Positions 59,600 through 64,000 of a stretch of DNA of 64,000 nt are shown piece after piece. The notes under the pieces were generated by a model, which saw only the letters and a program-made list of their open reading frames with translations, was not told the origin of the DNA and did no database searches. Source of the stretch: an uncultured delta proteobacterium (GTDB lineage: Bacteria; Desulfobacterota; WTBG01; CAIYCZ01); contig CAWDOY010000003.1 of the NCBI GenBank assembly GCA_963803975.1, positions 224,001 through 288,000 on the forward strand, read 5' to 3'. A program made the position numbers and the translations under genes. Position 1 is the stretch's first letter, and each line of letters opens with the position of its first letter.

Positions 59600-60274
59600 A
59601 TCTGCTGCCCTTACTTCTCACGCCTCAATAAATGTGTCATAGTAATAATAAAGATATATATCAATTGCCCCCGGACTGAAGGCATATGTCGAGGAACGGT
59701 TAATTACCCATTCCAAGTCATACCCCCTCTCCGAGGGTATTTTTTTATAGTAACGTCTTGTTGTCTCATCAGCGGTGATTTTTTACTTTGATTCCTTAGT
59801 AGGTTGGTTGCCTGTCTATCGCCCAAAATGCACCCCTAAACTGCCTTCTGTTGAGCCAGCCTGAAGGATATGGGGTCAGGCTTGACATAGTTGAGAAAAA
59901 ATCAGGATAACGCCTTTTAAACGCTCCTATCGCCCTTCACATAAAAACACCAAATTTAAGCCTATCAATAATTCCTTTTCAATCCTGGGCAAAATATTGC
60001 ATGATTCAGATTCAAGAACTTGCAAGTTATGTTTCATTTTTAAAGACAGAAGGCAGAAAACAAGATATTGTGGTTACTGAAAAACCGGCTGAAGATAGAT
60101 ATAACAAACTTCATCAAAGCACTATTTGGTATTTAGGACTGGTCCTGATTTATTAATTTTGATTATTATATTGCCGCACAGCCTTTCTGCGCGGACAAGA
60201 AAATATTAAAAGTGTTTTACCCGTATAAAATGGATGTCGTATCAATATCTTAACAAGGATGGTCAGATCATATC

Positions 60275-60799
60275 ATGGGTCAAGACGATAGTGTAGAAAC
60301 CTGGGCACTTGCTGATGGCACGAAGCTAACGATGCGCCATATCGCACCTACCGATGCCGCCAGAGAGCAAGCGTTCGTACATGGACTTTCACCTCAGTCC
60401 CGCTATCTCCGTTTTCATGGTACGATCAAAGATCTTAGCAAGAAAGACTTAAAGAGGTTTACCGAACCCGATTCGCGAAACGAGGTTGCCCTGATTGTCC
60501 TGCGCAGTGGAGAAACAGGTGAAGAAGAAATCGGAGCTGCACGATACGTTATCGATTCGGATCGGGCGAACTGTGAGTTTGCCATTGTCGTTGCGGACGC
60601 GTGGCAAAAGCGGGGTATTGGGACGAGACTGATGAATGCGTTGATAAGTCACCTTCAGGTAAGTGGGGTAAAACAAATCTCCGGCTCCGTACTTACAAGC
60701 AACTCGGCCATGCGCAAGTTCATAAAGCAGATGGGCTTTGTAGAAACTAATATCCCTGATGATCCTTCAACCCTGTTGGTCATAAAACATCTGGATTAG
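60275..60799 (+). CDS. GNAT N-acetyltransferase (stand-alone Pat-like domain)
   Basis: LSPQSRYLRF, IGAARY, CEFAIVVADAWQKRGIGTRLM, NSAM..MGF. Confidence 0.88.
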   Translation: MGQDDSVETWALADGTKLTMRHIAPTDAAREQAFVHGLSPQSRYLRFHGTIKDLSKKDLKRFTEPDSRNEVALIVLRSGETGEEEIGAARYVIDSDRANCEFAIVVADAWQKRGIGTRLMNALISHLQVSGVKQISGSVLTSNSAMRKFIKQMGFVETNIPDDPSTLLVIKHLD

Positions 60800-60906
60800 C
60801 AGCCTCAGTGATACGTCCTCGGCGGACAGTGCCCTGAGGGCAAAGAGATATTTCCCGGAAATCCTGTTGCAAGCAGAATCACCCTCACAACTGAAGGAGA
60901 ACGCAC

Positions 60907-61569
60907 ATGGGTAATATATTTTTTGCGATTTACTGCCTGCTCTACATCTTTCTCATAGCATATGCGTATCGCTTAAAAGCGGCACAGGACCTCCAGCACA
61001 CGCTGCTGCTGATCCTTATGACTGGCCTGCTGTATGACAACTTCATCAGCTTCACCGGGTTTTTGGTTGGTGAGGGAGCTTTGTTAAAAGGGCTGAACAT
61101 TGTCCGCTATGTCCTTCACGCCTTTGCCACGCCGCTGCTGTGCTATATAGTTTTTACAATAGCCCGGAAAATGGGAGTGAAAATATTTCAGAACAGAGTG
61201 TTTGAGGCAGCAGTATGGCTGCTGGTTGCCGGGTTTATGCTGCTGGGATATTGGCACGAACTTGCTTCCATGGATTTTGTCCCGAAGATCAGGTGGGGTG
61301 TCTTGAACTACGTACACGCGGTATCGTCACCGCCGCTGGCGGCAATATTAATAAATGTCTTTGTCATGATTTGCGCCATCTTAATCTGGAGGGCGACCCG
61401 CTGGCCGGTTTTGTTTATCACCAGCCTTCTCATGTTTATCTTCGCGGCCATCCCTATGAGGAATGCGCCGCCCGTACTGGGGAATGCCGGAGAAATTATT
61501 TTCATGTATGGTTTTGTGCTGGCGGAGAAGAAGCTGGCTGGAATGCGAAGACAGTGGTTGAGCGTTTGA
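60907..61569 (+). CDS. Hypothetical multi-pass membrane protein
   Basis: GAAGGAG RBS; about seven hydrophobic segments. Confidence 0.7.
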   Translation: MGNIFFAIYCLLYIFLIAYAYRLKAAQDLQHTLLLILMTGLLYDNFISFTGFLVGEGALLKGLNIVRYVLHAFATPLLCYIVFTIARKMGVKIFQNRVFEAAVWLLVAGFMLLGYWHELASMDFVPKIRWGVLNYVHAVSSPPLAAILINVFVMICAILIWRATRWPVLFITSLLMFIFAAIPMRNAPPVLGNAGEIIFMYGFVLAEKKLAGMRRQWLSV

Positions 61570-61754
61570 AATAATATTTTCAGATGAAGTCATCAATGAA
61601 TTTAATCTATTAAACTACTCTCGCTGCTAATACAAAGTCTGCAGTTTTTTTCCTTTAATACTCACCACAAGATGTTGATTTTTGTCCTCTGCTTCTGTCC
61701 ACTTTCCTTTGAACCGCTACAAACTCCTCAACTAAGTACCAATTTAATTGTTTT

Positions 61755-61802
61755 AATCCATATATAGTATTTATACTTGACATGACCCACTATATACTGT
61801 AT
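61755..61802. promoter_or_regulatory. Tandem NrdR-box-like sites flanking a TTGACA
   Basis: atcCATATATAGta (core 61758-61767) and ccaCTATATACTGta (core 61790-61799), 32 bp apart; TTGACA at 61777-61782. Confidence 0.45.
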
Positions 61803-61870
61803 TTCGGACTTCAGTTACTATACACTTGTTTTTCCCCCTTTAACCCCATTGGCTTGAAACAAACAAGAGA

Positions 61871-62641
61871 ATGGATAGAAGAAAGTTTTTATATAATAGC
61901 GTCTCTTTTTTATTGGGAAGCCTCTTTGGGTTCAACAGCTTCACAAAAGCCTTTGCCAGCAGCAACTCCTTCGCAAAACCCGCCATCGCCCTTATCATCG
62001 ATGACATAGGCCCGAATATTTATAAAGCACGGCAATTTCTGGAATTAAATATTCCGCTAACCTTTTCAATCCTGCCGCTCTATCCTCACTCAGAAGAGCT
62101 TGCTTTTGAAGCGCATGACGCAGGCCACGATATCATGCTTCATCAGCCCATGGAGCCATATGCTTCTGAAGCCAATCCCGGGCCGGGAGCGCTGTATGTA
62201 GGAGACGGCCTGCATAAGATTTTCCGCGTGCTGGAGGAAAATCTTTCCGCTGTTCCGTTTGCCATAGGTCTTAATAATCACATGGGCTCGCGGTTTACCG
62301 CTTGCCAGCGGGAAATACGGGAGACCCTTGAGCTTATTAAACAAAAAGGACTGTTCTTTGTGGATAGCCGGACTTCCCCCGACTCGAAAGGCTATAATAT
62401 TGCAAAACAGCTGCAGATGCCTGCTGCCTGCAGAAACATTTTTCTGGATAATGAACTGAATGAGCTGGCCATTCTTTATCAATTAAACAAGCTTGCGGAT
62501 CACGCTAATAAATATGGTCATGCGATCGGCATCGGGCATCCTTTCCCTGAGACAGCCAGGGCCATACGACTTTTTCTTAGCGTCCTTAAAAATTCCAATA
62601 TAACGCTGGTGCACATATCTGATCTGTTATTTCCTGCCTGA
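61871..62641 (+). CDS. Divergent polysaccharide deacetylase family protein with Tat-like signal
   Basis: DRRKFL; IIDDIG, LHQPMEP, NNHMGS, FVDSRT, AIGIGHP. Confidence 0.9.
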   Translation: MDRRKFLYNSVSFLLGSLFGFNSFTKAFASSNSFAKPAIALIIDDIGPNIYKARQFLELNIPLTFSILPLYPHSEELAFEAHDAGHDIMLHQPMEPYASEANPGPGALYVGDGLHKIFRVLEENLSAVPFAIGLNNHMGSRFTACQREIRETLELIKQKGLFFVDSRTSPDSKGYNIAKQLQMPAACRNIFLDNELNELAILYQLNKLADHANKYGHAIGIGHPFPETARAIRLFLSVLKNSNITLVHISDLLFPA

Positions 62642-62693
62642 TGCCTGTGCAAATCCCCTTTTGCGGATATGAACCTTATCTATCCATAGGATT

Positions 62694-64000
62694 CTACTTT
62701 ATTAACCCGCTTTTTGCTAATGCTGGCACTATATCTTCAAGATCAAGGTCTATAAGTTTATTTCGGGTGGGAAGTCCTGTTTCCACATCCCAGCCGCGGG
62801 CCGCGTAATAATCATCCATTACTTTTTTGAACGTTTCTCTGCTTACTGTTTCACCCTTACGGCTGAAAAGCTCACCATTCTTCCCGGGCAGGACAAGATC
62901 AGCATTGAACAGCCCGACGGGCGGGTCCTGTTCATGCAGGGGGGTGGTAAAATTAAATTCCTCAAGAACATCATCAACACGGCCGCGCCGGCCCTCTCGC
63001 AGGTATAGTGCACGGCACAGGTTTGCGCTTCGCTCGCCTGACCGGAGGAAAGCTCGTTCATCCATATCCAGACCGGTCATTGCAGAAAAAAGCCGGGCTT
63101 CAAGCTCCGGATCGCCGACCCCTGTTTCCGTGTTGGCGGTAAAGTCAATCGGCCAGAACCAGTCGCATAAAACCATGTTTTCAAGCGCATATGCGCGGTT
63201 CTGCATCAGTACGGCAGCTGCTCCCTTGTAATCAGGTGAGTCAAATTCTGCCGCGCGTTCATCTCCCCAGAATGTTTTCGCCATGTTGCGAAGCTTTTCT
63301 GTTGTTAAAAAGCCCATCATTCCTTCTGTTCCCATCCATATCATCCATTTGACCATGGGAAAGCTTACCCGGTGAAGCTGAGTTATGGGGTAAACAGGTT
63401 CGGTGGCATATATGGGCGCATTTAATATAAAAAGACGGGGATTGTAATAATCTGCATCAAAGCCGGTTTTTGTTACCAGTCCGTCTAACAGCTTTTCTAC
63501 GCCAAGCTCTTTTGTTGCCCGGCGGCTGCCTTCTGCCAGCAGGTCGCCGACTCCCTTGCGGCTGATGATAAGCGCAGAAAGGTTTTCTATCCATTCGGGA
63601 GTTCCCAGCAGATCAAGTTCTAATCCTGTTGCCTGCGGGTCGACCAGTCCAAGTCTGATTGCTTCGGGGAGCCAGGAAAGCATAAAGCGCAGATCAAGCA
63701 CGCACAGCCCATCCCGGTTTGCAACCTGTGTGGCATGAAAGGTTGTTTCTGCCATTCTGCCGGTTTTTGCCATTTCTTCCTTGTAGTAAAAATACGCTGA
63801 GACACACGGCTTTCGAATGCCGTGCTCGCCGCCCTTGCTTTCATACAAGCCCCGGCGGCAGATGCCGGGACATGCGTAGCAGGGAATATCTTTTATCTTT
63901 TCAATATCTTCAAGGTTCAGCTCGTTCCAGAACCGCCCTGATTCTTCGCCGCTCCATAAAGCTGTTATATCCTTACGCACCTGTTTAAATGCTTCCGGCC
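62694..64000 (-). CDS. Aldehyde ferredoxin oxidoreductase family, C-terminal part (start outside window)
   Basis: CYACPGIC, RKGVGDLLAEGS, LCDW, DDYYAARGWD..TGLPT. Confidence 0.85.
   Translation of the reverse strand, partial: PEAFKQVRKDITALWSGEESGRFWNELNLEDIEKIKDIPCYACPGICRRGLYESKGGEHGIRKPCVSAYFYYKEEMAKTGRMAETTFHATQVANRDGLCVLDLRFMLSWLPEAIRLGLVDPQATGLELDLLGTPEWIENLSALIISRKGVGDLLAEGSRRATKELGVEKLLDGLVTKTGFDADYYNPRLFILNAPIYATEPVYPITQLHRVSFPMVKWMIWMGTEGMMGFLTTEKLRNMAKTFWGDERAAEFDSPDYKGAAAVLMQNRAYALENMVLCDWFWPIDFTANTETGVGDPELEARLFSAMTGLDMDERAFLRSGERSANLCRALYLREGRRGRVDDVLEEFNFTTPLHEQDPPVGLFNADLVLPGKNGELFSRKGETVSRETFKKVMDDYYAARGWDVETGLPTRNKLIDLDLEDIVPALAKSGLIK

Noticed and set aside
58621..59791. 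Plus-strand ORFs 58621-58824 and 59522-59791
   Set aside because: They overlap att, terminators and the antisense integrase remnant; no RBS or protein-like features.
55806..59900. A complete diversity-generating retroelement
   Set aside because: No reverse transcriptase or template repeat in the window; framework adenines (AGC, ACC, ATT) are invariant and some slot codons end in A or G. Kept only as an alternative to test.

Overview
64-kb bacterial chromosome segment, mostly core genes. Gene content and order suggest an anaerobic Desulfobacterota/deltaproteobacterium (inference). In order: smc 5' end; glcF/glcD; USP; DHS-like enzyme; murI; fusA paralogue; xerD, DHH-CBS nucleotidyltransferase, scpA, scpB, rluB; a liv-type ABC cluster divergent from iorA-iorB-paaK; speB, pdaD; degQ, eno, pcm, apgM, ligA; ExeA-SPOR; M16 peptidases; glgC; nfeD/slipin; tRNA-Phe; purA; tRNA-Lys. 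About 20 genes, including ligA and xerD, carry small frameshifts that look like long-read consensus errors, so they are not called pseudogenes. The unusual part is the AT-richer accessory region after tRNA-Lys (about 55.3-59.9 kb). It holds a BspA-type LRR gene of ~11 x 69-bp units with near-invariant DNA framework and narrow hypervariable slots that contain every indel, followed by a mosaic of surface-protein fragments. A beta-helix gene there is cut exactly by a 48-bp copy of the tRNA-Lys 3' end, followed by an integrase C-terminal remnant, an HTH gene with an internal in-frame RBS, and possible small RNAs. NrdR-box-like motifs sit in front of non-nrd genes, and nested REP/MITE-like repeats occur in intergenic DNA. 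All calls are by eye; no database search was run.
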